Assembly: GCA_965202785.1 (NCBI GenBank)
Contig: OZ241855.1
Span: 224,001 to 288,000, forward strand
Source of the DNA: Thermodesulfobacteriota bacterium
Lineage (GTDB): Bacteria > Desulfobacterota_D > UBA1144 > Nemesobacterales > Nemesobacteraceae
Direction: 5' to 3'
Length of the DNA: 64,000 nt
In this document: piece by piece, positions 48,398-58,632 of the stretch
How the letters are laid out: every line of letters starts with the position of its first letter
Numbering within the stretch: the first letter of the stretch is position 1
Program-made: the position numbers and the translations under genes
Notes under the pieces: model-generated
Databases searched by the model: none
The model's input: only the letters and a program-made list of their open reading frames with translations
Told to the model about the DNA's origin: nothing

Positions 48398-49270
48398 ATG
48401 TTCGGCAAAAACTTCAAAAAGCAAAAAATACGGACTACCGAAGCTGAGATAAACACCGTTTGGGGAGGAAAGGGAGAACCTATCCTTCTACTCCACGGTT
48501 ACCCGCAAACCCACGTCATGTGGCACGCGGTAGCACGCTCACTTGCCTCGAACTTTCTGGTCGTGTGTCCAGATCTCCGTGGCTATGGAGACAGCTCCAA
48601 GCCTGCCGGAAAAAAAGATCACTCAAACTATTCAAAAAGAGCCATGGCCGCGGATATGGTCTCGGTAATGAAAGCTCTGGGTTTTCATGAATTCTACGCA
48701 GCGGGACACGACAGAGGAGGCAGGGTGCTTCACCGCATGTGCCTCGATCACCCTGAAAAAGTCCTAAAGGTCTGCGTCATGGATATAGCCCCTACCCACC
48801 ACATGTTCAAGACCGCGGACAAGCACTTTTCCACGGGCTACTATCACTGGTTTTTTCTTATCCAACCCGACGGACTTCCGGAAAAAATGATAGGGGCTGA
48901 TCCAGAGTACTACCTTCTTGAAAAGCTCAGACGCTGGAGCGCCCCCGGTGCGAAATTTGATTCCAAGGCAGTAAAAGAGTACGTGCGCTGTTTCAGCGAC
49001 CCGCTCGCAATCCACGCAAGCTGCGAGGACTACAGGGCTGCGGCCTCCATAGATATTGCTCACGACGAAGAAGATATGGATGCCAAGATAACGTGTCCGC
49101 TTCTTGCCCTTTGGGGTGGAAGGGGGTTCATTCACAAAACCTACGACGTGCTTGACGTATGGAGAAAAAAAGCGCTCAGCGTTTCGGGAAAACCGCTTGA
49201 CTGCGGCCATTTTCTCCCTGAAGAAAAACCCCAGGAGACCTCCGCGGAACTGCTGTCGTTTTTTGGATAA
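48398..49270 (+). CDS. Haloacetate (fluoroacetate) dehalogenase-like alpha/beta hydrolase
   Basis: LHGYPQT, GHDRGGR, YYHWFF, CEDYRA, CGHF. Confidence 0.85.
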   Translation: MFGKNFKKQKIRTTEAEINTVWGGKGEPILLLHGYPQTHVMWHAVARSLASNFLVVCPDLRGYGDSSKPAGKKDHSNYSKRAMAADMVSVMKALGFHEFYAAGHDRGGRVLHRMCLDHPEKVLKVCVMDIAPTHHMFKTADKHFSTGYYHWFFLIQPDGLPEKMIGADPEYYLLEKLRRWSAPGAKFDSKAVKEYVRCFSDPLAIHASCEDYRAAASIDIAHDEEDMDAKITCPLLALWGGRGFIHKTYDVLDVWRKKALSVSGKPLDCGHFLPEEKPQETSAELLSFFG

Positions 49271-49403
49271 CGGAATTTCCCGAAGCATTCCAAGTACTGC
49301 CCCTCCTATCCGAGAAAGTTTCGGGAGCAAAAAAAAGCCGTAGAATCTTTTGCTAAATATTATTCGTGGTTCAACCGTTTTACATCAAGCTCGTGTCAGC
49401 ACT

Positions 49404-49451
49404 GGCATATCTTGTCATATGCCGCTATGTGGTATATACTGTCATATACCA
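49404..49451 (+). promoter_or_regulatory. vapBC promoter with two tandem operator palindromes
   Basis: GGCATAT-N6-ATATGCC (49404-49423) and TGGTATAT-N6-ATATACCA (49430-49451) overlap TTGTCA-17-TATACT. Confidence 0.8.
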
Positions 49452-49466
49452 ATACAGGAGGTGGCC

Positions 49467-49712
49467 ATGCACATCGCAAAAATTTTTAAGAACGGCCGTA
49501 GCCAAGCTGTCCGTATACCGAAAGATTTCGCCTACGAAGGCGTAACGGAACTGACTGTCCAGAAGGTCGGCGAAAAGCTGATCCTAGAGCCGGTGCGCAA
49601 ATCCTGGCTAACCCTATATGACGAGATCGAGCCGCTAGGAGCAGATGATGATTTTCTGGCTGACCGCCCTGACTTGTTCGCTATTGACGAAAACAGGGTG
49701 AAGTTTAAATGA
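49467..49712 (+). CDS. vapB: AbrB-type antitoxin VapB
   Basis: AKIFKNGRSQAVRIPK; RBS AGGAGGT; ATGA overlap with vapC. Confidence 0.92.
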   Translation: MHIAKIFKNGRSQAVRIPKDFAYEGVTELTVQKVGEKLILEPVRKSWLTLYDEIEPLGADDDFLADRPDLFAIDENRVKFK

Positions 49713-50119
49713 ACTACATGCTCGATACGGACACCTTCAGCTACATCATGCACCATCACGCTTTATCGGTTGTCAAAGCCCTAGACGAGAAAATGCGTGC
49801 GGGCCATGTTATCTGCATCTCAGTGATCACTTATCAGGAACTGCGCTTTGGGGCAGAACGACGTGGTTCCGTGAAATATCACAACTTGATCGATACGATC
49901 TGCAACCGGCTTGACTATATAGCCGAATGGAATACGGAATGTGCTGACCAATTTGCCGTCGTTCAGTCCTCCTTACTGAAGAAAGGGATGCCGATCGGCT
50001 ATACAGATGCCATGATCGCTTCTCACGCCATCTGTCTTGGCGCTACACTGGTAACGAACAACTACAAACACTTCTCAAACGTGGACGGTTTGTCTCTGGA
50101 CAACTGGGTTTCGTCTTGA
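49709..50119 (+). CDS. vapC: PIN-domain toxin VapC
   Basis: YMLDTD, DAMIASHA, LVTNN..HF..V.GL..DNW. Confidence 0.93.
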   Translation: MNYMLDTDTFSYIMHHHALSVVKALDEKMRAGHVICISVITYQELRFGAERRGSVKYHNLIDTICNRLDYIAEWNTECADQFAVVQSSLLKKGMPIGYTDAMIASHAICLGATLVTNNYKHFSNVDGLSLDNWVSS

Positions 50120-50396
50120 TTTACCCTTGTTCAACCTGATGTCTTTAGAGGATAAGAAAAGGTGCTGTCTATCGCGTCAATCAGGACTAAGTGATTTTTA
50201 CCGAATGTGGCGGTTACAAGTGCAGATCAACTGAAGTTGCGCTTAACCCGTCCCCAAGAACTACAGACTCCTAGGTTTTCTCTTTCCATTTAAAACAGTT
50301 CTTCCGCAAGAAACGGACAAAAAATTATCTTTCCTCTTTCTTTGAAATCCCCGCAGGTATGTTGTCCGTCTACATTGTTTTGTATAGAGTATCACC

Positions 50397-51356
50397 ATGT
50401 CGAAAATGCTCTTCGTTATGGACCCGATTGAGTCCATAAACATAAACAAGGACACCACCTTCGTAATAATGCTTGAATGCCAGGCGAGAGGACACGAAAT
50501 CCGCTACTGCGAACTCAAGGATCTTTTCGTCAAGGACTCTATGGCCTGGGCGGATTCAACAAAGCTTCGCCTCGAGAGAAAAAGCGATTACTACGCCAAG
50601 GGTTCCACGGAAACCTCCCCGCTTGACGACTTCGACGTCGTATGGATGAGAAAAGATCCTCCCTTCAACATGGACTATATCTACTCAACCTACATACTAA
50701 GCAGGGTTGACGAATCCGAAACGCCTGTGATCAACCATCCGGCCGGAATAAGGGAATCCAACGAGAAGATATACAGCCTTAATTTTGCCGACTACATCCC
50801 CCCTACCCTGGTTTCAAAAGACATTGGAAAGCTAAAAGAGTTTCTCTGCGAAACCGGCAATGAAATGGTGGTAAAGCCGCTTGACGGCTACGGCGGGGAG
50901 GGAATTTTCCTCGTAAGGGCCGAGGATCCCAACCTCAACGTCATACTCGAGAACATAACGGACTTCGGGCGGACCTACGTGATGGCCCAGAAATTCATAA
51001 AAGAGGTTTCCCAGGGAGACAAAAGGGTTATAATTCTAAACGGCCAGCCCATAGGAGCCGTGATGAGGGTAGCCGCAAAGGGAGAATTCAGAAGCAACTT
51101 CCACTCCGGAGGACATCCCGAGAAAACCACGCTTACGGAAAGGGATCTGCAAATATGCGACGGCCTCAGACAGAAACTCATAGAAGACCGGCTCTATCTG
51201 GTCGGAATCGACATAGTCGGAGGGTATCTGACCGAAGTCAACACCACGAGCCCGACATGCGTTCAGGAAATAAATTTTTTCAGCGGGACAAAGCTTGAAT
51301 CGCAGATAGTCGATTTTGCGGAGAGCATTGTCTGCGGGCCTCCAGAGAGCCGTTAA
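50397..51356 (+). CDS. gshB: Glutathione synthetase
   Basis: MDPI, KDTT, MRKDPPF, KPLDGYGG, GDKR, EVNTTSPT. Confidence 0.95.
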   Translation: MSKMLFVMDPIESININKDTTFVIMLECQARGHEIRYCELKDLFVKDSMAWADSTKLRLERKSDYYAKGSTETSPLDDFDVVWMRKDPPFNMDYIYSTYILSRVDESETPVINHPAGIRESNEKIYSLNFADYIPPTLVSKDIGKLKEFLCETGNEMVVKPLDGYGGEGIFLVRAEDPNLNVILENITDFGRTYVMAQKFIKEVSQGDKRVIILNGQPIGAVMRVAAKGEFRSNFHSGGHPEKTTLTERDLQICDGLRQKLIEDRLYLVGIDIVGGYLTEVNTTSPTCVQEINFFSGTKLESQIVDFAESIVCGPPESR

Positions 51357-51394
51357 AAATCTCCGGGCAAAAGACCCCGCGCAGGACTCTGACC

Positions 51395-51691
51395 ATGAAA
51401 ATATCAAAAAAAGACGTGCTCAACACAGCCGAGCTTGCAAGGCTTGAGTTCGATGACGAAACGCTTTCGAAATTCACCCGTCAGCTCGGAGACATCCTCG
51501 TCCACATAGATGAGCTTGCCGAGCTTGATACGGAAAACGTAGAGCCCACATCGCATGTGCTTGAACTCTCAATCCCCTTCCGAAAAGACGAGGTGGATCA
51601 GCTAATAACGGCTGAAGACGCCCTTAGCAACGCACCCAGCAAAGAAAACGATTTTTTCACGGTTCCAAAAGTCATAGAGGACCAGAGCTAA
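51395..51691 (+). CDS. gatC: Asp/Glu-tRNA amidotransferase subunit C
   Basis: [24 protein letters not shown]. Confidence 0.93.
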   Translation: MKISKKDVLNTAELARLEFDDETLSKFTRQLGDILVHIDELAELDTENVEPTSHVLELSIPFRKDEVDQLITAEDALSNAPSKENDFFTVPKVIEDQS

Positions 51692-51695
51692 CCCG

Positions 51696-53159
51696 ATGTC
51701 CATTCCAAGAACCATAAAAGAGGCAGCCGCGTTAATAGGAAAAAGAGAGGCTTCCCCGGTGGAACTAGCCGAACTTTTTCTCGAGCGCATATCCTCTGAG
51801 GACGCAAAAATAAACTCTTACATAACCGTCTGGGAAGAAGCGGCCCTGAAGGCCGCCAGAAAGGCAGAAAAAGAAATATCCGAAGGGAACTATCTGGGTC
51901 CTCTCCATGGAGTCCCAATAGGGCTTAAAGATATTTTCGTGACAAAAGACTCGCGGACCACCTGCGGGTCGAAAATGCTGCGGGATTTCGTCTCCCCCTA
52001 TAATTCCACCGTGGCCGGGAAACTCATGGCAAGCGGTTCCGTAGTGCTCGGAAAAAACAACATGGACGAGTTCGCCATGGGATCTTCAAACGAGACATCC
52101 TACTTCGGACCGGTAAAAAACCCTTGGGACACCGACAGGGTCCCGGGAGGATCAAGCGGAGGAAGCGCCGCCGCCACGGCGGCAAATCTGTGCGTCGCGT
52201 CAGTCGGAACAGACACCGGGGGTTCCATAAGACAGCCCGGTTCCCTCTGCGGAGTAGTGGGAATGAAACCCACCTACGGAAGGGTTAGCCGCTACGGCAT
52301 GATCGCATTCGCTTCTTCCCTTGATCAGGCGGGACCGCTTGCGAAAACCGTGGAGGACGCGGCCATAATCCTCTCCTCCATAGCGGGCCATGACCCGATG
52401 GACTCAACATCCGTAAACCTCCCAGCCGCTGACTACGCAAGCGCGCTCAGTGCGGACATAAAGGGGCTGCGGGTAGGGATACCGAAGGAATACTTCGTTT
52501 CGGGGATGGATCCCGAAGTGGAAAAATCCGTCCGTAAAGCTATCGCCGAACTTGAAACCCTGGGAGCGGAGATTGTGGAGATTTCACTTCCTCACTCCCG
52601 CTACGCGGTTTCAACCTACTATATAATAGCCCCTTCTGAAGCAAGTTCGAATCTAGCGAGATACGACGGGGTAAGATACACATACCGTTGCGAAAATCCG
52701 GAAACCCTGAGGGACTTGTTTTTCAGAAGCCGCTCGGAAGGATTCGGAGACGAAGTGAAAAGAAGAATAATGCTTGGGACCTATGCCCTCTCCACGGGCT
52801 ATTACGACGCTTATTACCTGAAAGCCCAGCAGGCAAGAACACTTATAATAAGGGATTTTGACAGTGCGTGGGAAAAAGTTGACGTCATAGCGAGCGCCAC
52901 TTCCCCTGAAACCGCTTTCAGGATAGGCGAAAAAACAGACGACCCCCTTAAAATGTACCTCTCGGACATACTTACCATCCCCTGCAATATAGCGGGGCTC
53001 CCCGGAATATCAGTCCCCTGCGGATTCAGCTCAGAAAAGCTTCCGATAGGGCTTCAGATAATGGGAAAGCCGTTTGACGAGCAGACTGTGCTCAACGTCG
53101 CGTACGCTTACGAGCAAAGCACGAAGTGGTACGAAAAAGAAGTGTCCCCTCTTGGTTAA
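51696..53159 (+). CDS. gatA: Asp/Glu-tRNA amidotransferase subunit A
   Basis: [35 protein letters not shown]. Confidence 0.96.
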   Translation: MSIPRTIKEAAALIGKREASPVELAELFLERISSEDAKINSYITVWEEAALKAARKAEKEISEGNYLGPLHGVPIGLKDIFVTKDSRTTCGSKMLRDFVSPYNSTVAGKLMASGSVVLGKNNMDEFAMGSSNETSYFGPVKNPWDTDRVPGGSSGGSAAATAANLCVASVGTDTGGSIRQPGSLCGVVGMKPTYGRVSRYGMIAFASSLDQAGPLAKTVEDAAIILSSIAGHDPMDSTSVNLPAADYASALSADIKGLRVGIPKEYFVSGMDPEVEKSVRKAIAELETLGAEIVEISLPHSRYAVSTYYIIAPSEASSNLARYDGVRYTYRCENPETLRDLFFRSRSEGFGDEVKRRIMLGTYALSTGYYDAYYLKAQQARTLIIRDFDSAWEKVDVIASATSPETAFRIGEKTDDPLKMYLSDILTIPCNIAGLPGISVPCGFSSEKLPIGLQIMGKPFDEQTVLNVAYAYEQSTKWYEKEVSPLG

Positions 53160-53368
53160 TCGCAACCCGGGATACACCTCGGCCCAAAAACATGTTATTA
53201 TCGAAAATATGAAGCTTCTTTTCACGGGACGGCGCGGCAACTCATGAATGAATGCTCTGGATACCGTGAAAAGCAGTACGTACCCTGCGGATGGTCATAA
53301 TTCGTCTGCCCATTTTCACTGCGGACGTGTTATAATGGCAATATAGTCTTTAACAAGGAGAAACAACC

Positions 53369-53539
53369 GTGAGTAAAGACAAGAAATGCATGATGTGCGG
53401 CAAGCCTTCTCCTGATAGCATATGCGACCCTTGCAAGGCAAGCGTTCAGGCCGAAGCCGCCGGGGAAAAAGCGAAAATGGAAAGGAGCGTAAAAGTCGGC
53501 GGGAAAATGGCCGACGAACAGTCCAAACAGCGTTCCTGA
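53369..53539 (+). CDS. 56-aa zinc-finger microprotein (not in the ORF track)
   Basis: RBS AAGGAG then GTG; MSKDKKCMMCGKPSPDSICDPCKASVQAEAAGEKAKMERSVKVGGKMADEQSKQRS. Confidence 0.75.
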   Translation: MSKDKKCMMCGKPSPDSICDPCKASVQAEAAGEKAKMERSVKVGGKMADEQSKQRS

Positions 53540-53645
53540 TCAATCAGCCTCCCCGGACTCGAAAAACCTTTCTGTATATTCGGCTTTAGCTTGTCGGATA
53601 TATCAGAGAGCAATTCGTTAATCTTTTTCACTGTTTCCAGATCGC

Positions 53646-53690
53646 AATTTATTATGTTGACAAACATAATGTTTCCCTGCATAATAAATT
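53646..53690 (+). promoter_or_regulatory. Promoter framed by inverted repeats, probably leaderless
   Basis: TTGACA (53657)-17-CATAAT (53680); AATTTATTATG/CATAATAAATT arms; ATG at 53692. Confidence 0.7.
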
Positions 53691-53691
53691 C

Positions 53692-55080
53692 ATGGATTTT
53701 ATTGATCGACTTGAAGAAATGCGCAGACTCGATAATGCGCTACGTCGTCCGGGCGGATTCGCCGTTATCTGGGGCCGACGTCGGGTGGGGAAGTCGCGTC
53801 TGCTTATCGAGTGGTCCAAGCGTAACGAGGGTCTCTACACCGTCGCGGACCAGTCAGCTCCCGCCGTGCAGAGACGCTACCTGGCGTCTGCGGTGGCAAA
53901 GCGGTTCCCGGGATTTGCGGATGTCGAGTATCCAGACTGGCGGGCGTTTTTCACACGTCTCGCAGCCGAAGCAGCACGCACAAAATGGCATGGCCCCTTT
54001 ATTCTTGACGAACTGCCATATCTGGTTGCGGCTGACCCTACCGTGGCAAGCGTTCTTCAGAACTGGCTTGACGGCCCCGGGCATCGGCCCTGCGTAGTAG
54101 TCAGCGGGTCTGTCCTGCGGATGATGCGCAGTGCGATCCTTGATGCGGACGCGCCGCTTTACGGGCGCGCGACAGAATCCTTCGCCATTCGTCCTCTCAG
54201 ACCCGGACATCTCAGCAACGTATTCGCTGTATCCGCTCCCAAGGAACTTGTTTACCTCTATACGCTCTGGGGCGGTATGCCAAGATACTGGGAGCTTGCC
54301 GAGCCGTTCGGTACGGATTTTGATTCCGCCGTTGACTCGCTGGTTCTTGATCCCTCGGGACCTCTGCACAACGAGCCTGACCGGCTGTTGCTTGAGGAAA
54401 CGCCGTCTGCGGTTGCCCTGCGGCCGCTTCTTGACGTTATTGGCTCGGGCGCGCACAGGGTAAGCGAAATCGGCGCCCGACTAGGTCGCCCCGCATCAAG
54501 CCTTCCGAGACCATTGTCGACGCTCGCGGAAATGAACCTTGTACTTCGCGAGGTTCCATTCGGAAGCGACACCCGTTCCGGCAAGCGAAGTCTGTACAGA
54601 ATCGCCGATCCGTTTTTTCGCCTGTGGTTTCGTGTCGTTGCGCCCCACCGCGCCGCCATGGCGGAGGCTCCGCGCGAAACGCGTCTTGGTTACTGGCACA
54701 GGTACAGGACGGGGCTTGAATCAGCCGCCTGGGAAGAACTTTGCAGAATGGCCGTACCCTTTCTTCACCTAAATGGCGGTCCGCTGGCTGAACTTGGCCC
54801 CTGGGAGCCTGCTCAGCGCTACTGGCACGGCAATGATCCCGAATTTGACGTTGTCGCTCGTTCAGTTGACGGAGTCAGGACACTGGTGGGCGAGGCCAAA
54901 TGGGGAAAGCGCGCGGCTAAACCGCAGCGCGGCAGTACGGATATCCTTCCAGGCACGACAGAAAGCAAAGTGGTAAGGGTTTTGTTTGTTCCTGACGCAG
55001 ACACTGTGTCAGGCACCGCGGACAACACCCATATCGTTGATGCGGGTGCGGTTATGACGGCCCTTTGCGGCGACAGTTAA
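53692..55080 (+). CDS. Archaeal-type AAA ATPase with wHTH and DUF234-like nuclease-fold C-terminus
   Basis: FIDR, GRRRVGKS, ILDELPY, GGMPRY, DPFFRLWF, EFDVV...GEAKW. Confidence 0.88.
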   Translation: MDFIDRLEEMRRLDNALRRPGGFAVIWGRRRVGKSRLLIEWSKRNEGLYTVADQSAPAVQRRYLASAVAKRFPGFADVEYPDWRAFFTRLAAEAARTKWHGPFILDELPYLVAADPTVASVLQNWLDGPGHRPCVVVSGSVLRMMRSAILDADAPLYGRATESFAIRPLRPGHLSNVFAVSAPKELVYLYTLWGGMPRYWELAEPFGTDFDSAVDSLVLDPSGPLHNEPDRLLLEETPSAVALRPLLDVIGSGAHRVSEIGARLGRPASSLPRPLSTLAEMNLVLREVPFGSDTRSGKRSLYRIADPFFRLWFRVVAPHRAAMAEAPRETRLGYWHRYRTGLESAAWEELCRMAVPFLHLNGGPLAELGPWEPAQRYWHGNDPEFDVVARSVDGVRTLVGEAKWGKRAAKPQRGSTDILPGTTESKVVRVLFVPDADTVSGTADNTHIVDAGAVMTALCGDS

Positions 55081-55130
55081 TAAAACAGCCGACAGGAGAG
55101 CAAACCGGAGACAAAATCCTTTTCCTTTTT

Positions 55131-56009
55131 TCACGGAACCGGCCCGTCGCCGTCCCAGATTTCAAGAGCCACTCTGTATATTCCGTTTTTAGAAACTCCG
55201 AAGGCTCTGCTTACAAGGGAAACGGCTTCACTCAGCGAAAATCCCCGTTCCCTGAGAAGCCAAAGCGTGCTCTGAGCCGCATCAGCAGACGCCTCGCTGT
55301 GCCCGTCCCCGCTCCCTTCCACAACTACCGTCACCTCCCCTTTCAGAGTTTCTCTTTCTGAAAGAACAGAAATCACCTCGGACAATGATCCCCTGAGCAC
55401 TTCTTCATAAAGTTTTGTCATTTCCCTTGCGACGCAGATATTCCTGTCGCCGAGAATCTCCAGCATAAGACTCAATGTACGTGAAAGTCTCTTGGCGGAC
55501 TCGTAAAAAACCAGAGTATAAGGGTAGCGTTTTACGTCCTTTAGAAGCTCTTTCTTCTTGGCTATGGTCTTCGGAAAAAACCCGAGAAAAAGAAAACTGT
55601 CCGTGGGAAGTCCCGAAACAACAAGCGCTGACAAAACGGCCGAAGGACCGGGTACGGGAACTACTTCTATATTGTTTTCAATCGAGAGATTTACAAGCCT
55701 CCACCCGGGGTCGGAAACCGAAGGAGTTCCGGCGTCGGAAACAAGCCCTATGTTCTTGCCGTCTTTGAGTCTTTCAAGCAGCTTGGGCGATTTCTCAACC
55801 TCGTTGTGTTCATGGTAGCTTGTGAGGTTGGTTTCGATTCCGTAACGGGCAAGAAGTTTTTTTGTGTTTCTCGTATCCTCGCACGCTATAACATCACAAT
55901 CCTTAAGAACGTTTACAGCCCGCAAAGTTATGTCTTCAAGATTTCCTATCGGGGTAGAGACCACGAAGAGTTTTCCAAACATACTGTTATTCGGTAAACG
56001 TCCGGGCAT
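55131..56009 (-). CDS. rsmI: 16S rRNA C1402 2'-O-methyltransferase
   Basis: TPIGNLEDIT, CEDTR, SDAGTP, FYES, REMTKLYEE. Confidence 0.95.
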   Translation of the reverse strand: MPGRLPNNSMFGKLFVVSTPIGNLEDITLRAVNVLKDCDVIACEDTRNTKKLLARYGIETNLTSYHEHNEVEKSPKLLERLKDGKNIGLVSDAGTPSVSDPGWRLVNLSIENNIEVVPVPGPSAVLSALVVSGLPTDSFLFLGFFPKTIAKKKELLKDVKRYPYTLVFYESAKRLSRTLSLMLEILGDRNICVAREMTKLYEEVLRGSLSEVISVLSERETLKGEVTVVVEGSGDGHSEASADAAQSTLWLLRERGFSLSEAVSLVSRAFGVSKNGIYRVALEIWDGDGPVP

Positions 56010-56078
56010 TGAAAAGCGGTTTGCTATATGTGCTCCTTATTTTCCAAGATAAGGAAACCTGTTTTCCACAGCTTGCCG

Positions 56079-56161
<83 letters not shown>

Positions 56162-56198
56162 GGCAAAAGTCAGATTATACAGATAAACCAGACGCACT

Positions 56199-56633
56199 TC
56201 ACTGATCTTTCACCGTAACAGTTATTTTCTCCGAAAGCACGGGAGGTTTATGAGGTATGTGCACATAATTACCCAGCAGCAAACGCAGTGTATGCTTCCC
56301 GGGGGCGAGGGTTATCTCCGTTTCCGTCTGCCCGCCTCCGAAGTGCTTTACGTTCTCGCTGAAAACAAGAGGTTTTTCCATGTCCGGCAGACCCTCAAGA
56401 TCGATTAAAAGATGGTGGTGTCCGGTATTTGGGGCCTTGACCCCGGCCGGAGCGACTCCCATGTTCACAAGCCCGAATCTTACGGTGAAAGTCTTAGCGA
56501 CAACCTCCCCGTCTTTCGGGGAAATGATATACACCTTGGCGCCGGGAGGAGATTCGGAAAAATGCTCTTCCGCAAAGGCCGTACTCCATGACATGGCCAC
56601 GGCTATGAAAAACAAAAGAAATATTCTGTTCAT
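56199..56633 (-). CDS. DUF4399-family exported protein
   Basis: Signal peptide; GVAPAG, TGHHHLLID, HFGGGQTE, PGKHTL. Confidence 0.85.
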   Translation of the reverse strand: MNRIFLLFFIAVAMSWSTAFAEEHFSESPPGAKVYIISPKDGEVVAKTFTVRFGLVNMGVAPAGVKAPNTGHHHLLIDLEGLPDMEKPLVFSENVKHFGGGQTETEITLAPGKHTLRLLLGNYVHIPHKPPVLSEKITVTVKDQ

Positions 56634-56694
56634 TGTTATCGCCTCAAAATTTTTAATTGTGAAAACATTTCTGTGTTAAAAATACATGTTTTTT

Positions 56695-57693
56695 TCAGGA
56701 AAGATCAACCACAACCCTCCCAACCTGACCGCCCTCCAGTATAGTGTCTATTTCTGGATTAAGATCTTCAAGGGAAACCGTTCTGCACATCTGCTCAAGG
56801 ATATCGAGCTTCCACTCGCCGGATATCTTTTCCCATACAAGCCGCCTTCTTTCCATAGGACAGCTTGCCGAATCTATGCCCACAAGGGTAACTCCCCTCA
56901 ATATGAACGGATATACATTTATGTTGAGTTCATGGGAAGCGACATTGCCGCATGTCGTCACAACGCCTCTTTGTCCCGTGGACTTAATAGCGGTGGCAAG
57001 CATCTCTCCTCCCACGGTATCGACCACCCCGGCCCACTGCCCCTTAAGCAGCAGTCTGCCCGAAGGGTCAGTTAAATCCTCTCTCCCGATGACTTCCTCC
57101 GCCCCCAAATCCACCAGAAACTGTTCTTGGTCGGTCTTTCCCGTGGAAGCCGTCACGCTGTAGCCGGCTTTTCCAAGAATAGCGACGGCCATGCTGCCGA
57201 CCCCTCCGGTCGCCCCGGTTACGAGGATCTTTCCGCCTTCAGGCCCCACTCCGCCCTCCACAATTCTTAACACTGACTGTGCCGCCGTAAAACCCGCGGT
57301 GCCGTACATCATCGATTCTTTTAGATCAAGTCCCGCAGGCAGGTTAACCACCCAGTCAGCCGGAACCCTCACGTATTGTCCGAATCCTCCTGAGGTATCC
57401 ATTCCAAGGTCGTAGCCATGCACTATTACCCTATCTCCGGGTTTAAACTCCCCGCTTTCTGAATGCTCGACTACGCCGGCTGCGTCAACGCCGGGCGTAT
57501 GAGGATAATTCTTGGTAACGCCCCTGTTTCCTATGGCCGAAAGAGCATCCTTGTAGTTAAGGGATGAATACTTTACGTTCAGCAGCACTTCCCCGTCGGG
57601 AAGACTGTTTAGTTCTCTGGTTGTGATTTCCCTGGTGAATTTCCCGTCTTCCCCCCTGCTTATAACCATCGCCTTGAAATTATCAGAACTCAT
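56695..57693 (-). CDS. YhdH/AcuI-family acryloyl-CoA reductase-like oxidoreductase
   Basis: YSSLNYKDAL, GTAGFTA, TGATGGVG, PFILRGVTLVGIDS. Confidence 0.9.
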   Translation of the reverse strand: MSSDNFKAMVISRGEDGKFTREITTRELNSLPDGEVLLNVKYSSLNYKDALSAIGNRGVTKNYPHTPGVDAAGVVEHSESGEFKPGDRVIVHGYDLGMDTSGGFGQYVRVPADWVVNLPAGLDLKESMMYGTAGFTAAQSVLRIVEGGVGPEGGKILVTGATGGVGSMAVAILGKAGYSVTASTGKTDQEQFLVDLGAEEVIGREDLTDPSGRLLLKGQWAGVVDTVGGEMLATAIKSTGQRGVVTTCGNVASHELNINVYPFILRGVTLVGIDSASCPMERRRLVWEKISGEWKLDILEQMCRTVSLEDLNPEIDTILEGGQVGRVVVDLS

Positions 57694-57705
57694 TTAAAAC
57701 CTCCT

Positions 57706-58614
57706 TCAGTCGCGGTTTTCATCTCCGCAAAGATCCTCAAGCGCAAGTAAAAGCGCCTGCGTCCCGAGCCTTCCGTGCCCAAGCGCGCTCGCCCTTTCAT
57801 AAAGGGATTTAACAAGCGCAAGCCCCGGAAGATCAATTCCCATCCGCTGCGATTCCCCAAGAGCAATCTCCATGTCCTTTATGAAATGTTCTACGAAAAA
57901 GCCCGGGTCGAAATCTCCGTCCATTATTCTGGGGCCAAGATTATTCAGAAGCCAACTCGATGCCGCGCCGCTCCCCACGGAACGAAGCATGGTACGGGGA
58001 TCAAGCCCCGCCTTCCGGCAATAAATCAAGTTCTCGCAGATCCCTATCATTACTCCCGCTACCGTAATCTGGTTGCACATCTTCGCGTGCTGACCGGAAC
58101 CCGTCTTCCCCTGGTATACAATGTTTTTTCCTAAAAGCCCCAGAAGCGGCTTTACCGAATTAAAAGCTTCCTCATCCCCTCCAACCATTATTGAAAGCTC
58201 TCCCTTAACAGCACCTACGTCTCCCCCGGAGACCGGAGCGTCCAAAGAAGCGCAGCCTAATCCAAACGCCTTTTCATATATCTCTCCCGCAAGAGTCGGT
58301 TCGGTCGTGGTCATGTCAACGAAGATGCGACCGGTCTCGGGCTCGATCAGAAGGCCGTCACGACCGAAATATACTTCTCTTACGTCATCCGGATAACCGA
58401 CAATGGTAAAGACGACATCGGCCTGGCGGACAACCTCGGCGGGAGAGTCGCACCAGATCGCCCCTTCACTCAGCAGTTCCACCGCCTTTTGCTTCGTTCT
58501 GTTAAAAACAAAAACGCGGTACCCGGCGCGAACGAGGTGTCCGCACATGGGCGCGCCCATGATCCCCGTTCCTACCCACCCTATCGAACTTTGTTCGGGA
58601 CTTATTTCATTCAT
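57706..58614 (-). CDS. Beta-hydroxyacid dehydrogenase (GarR/MmsB family)
   Basis: GTGIMG, DAPVSGGDVGA, GQHAKMCNQ. Confidence 0.9.
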   Translation of the reverse strand: MNEISPEQSSIGWVGTGIMGAPMCGHLVRAGYRVFVFNRTKQKAVELLSEGAIWCDSPAEVVRQADVVFTIVGYPDDVREVYFGRDGLLIEPETGRIFVDMTTTEPTLAGEIYEKAFGLGCASLDAPVSGGDVGAVKGELSIMVGGDEEAFNSVKPLLGLLGKNIVYQGKTGSGQHAKMCNQITVAGVMIGICENLIYCRKAGLDPRTMLRSVGSGAASSWLLNNLGPRIMDGDFDPGFFVEHFIKDMEIALGESQRMGIDLPGLALVKSLYERASALGHGRLGTQALLLALEDLCGDENRD

Positions 58615-58632
58615 TTGCGCTGAAAACTATTG

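Noticed and set aside
51395-53159. gatCA without gatB
   Set aside because: Split gat operons are common; gatB is probably elsewhere.
53640-53670. Chromosomal dif site (TTATGTTGACA)
   Set aside because: No XerC arm; better explained as a promoter -35 plus operator.
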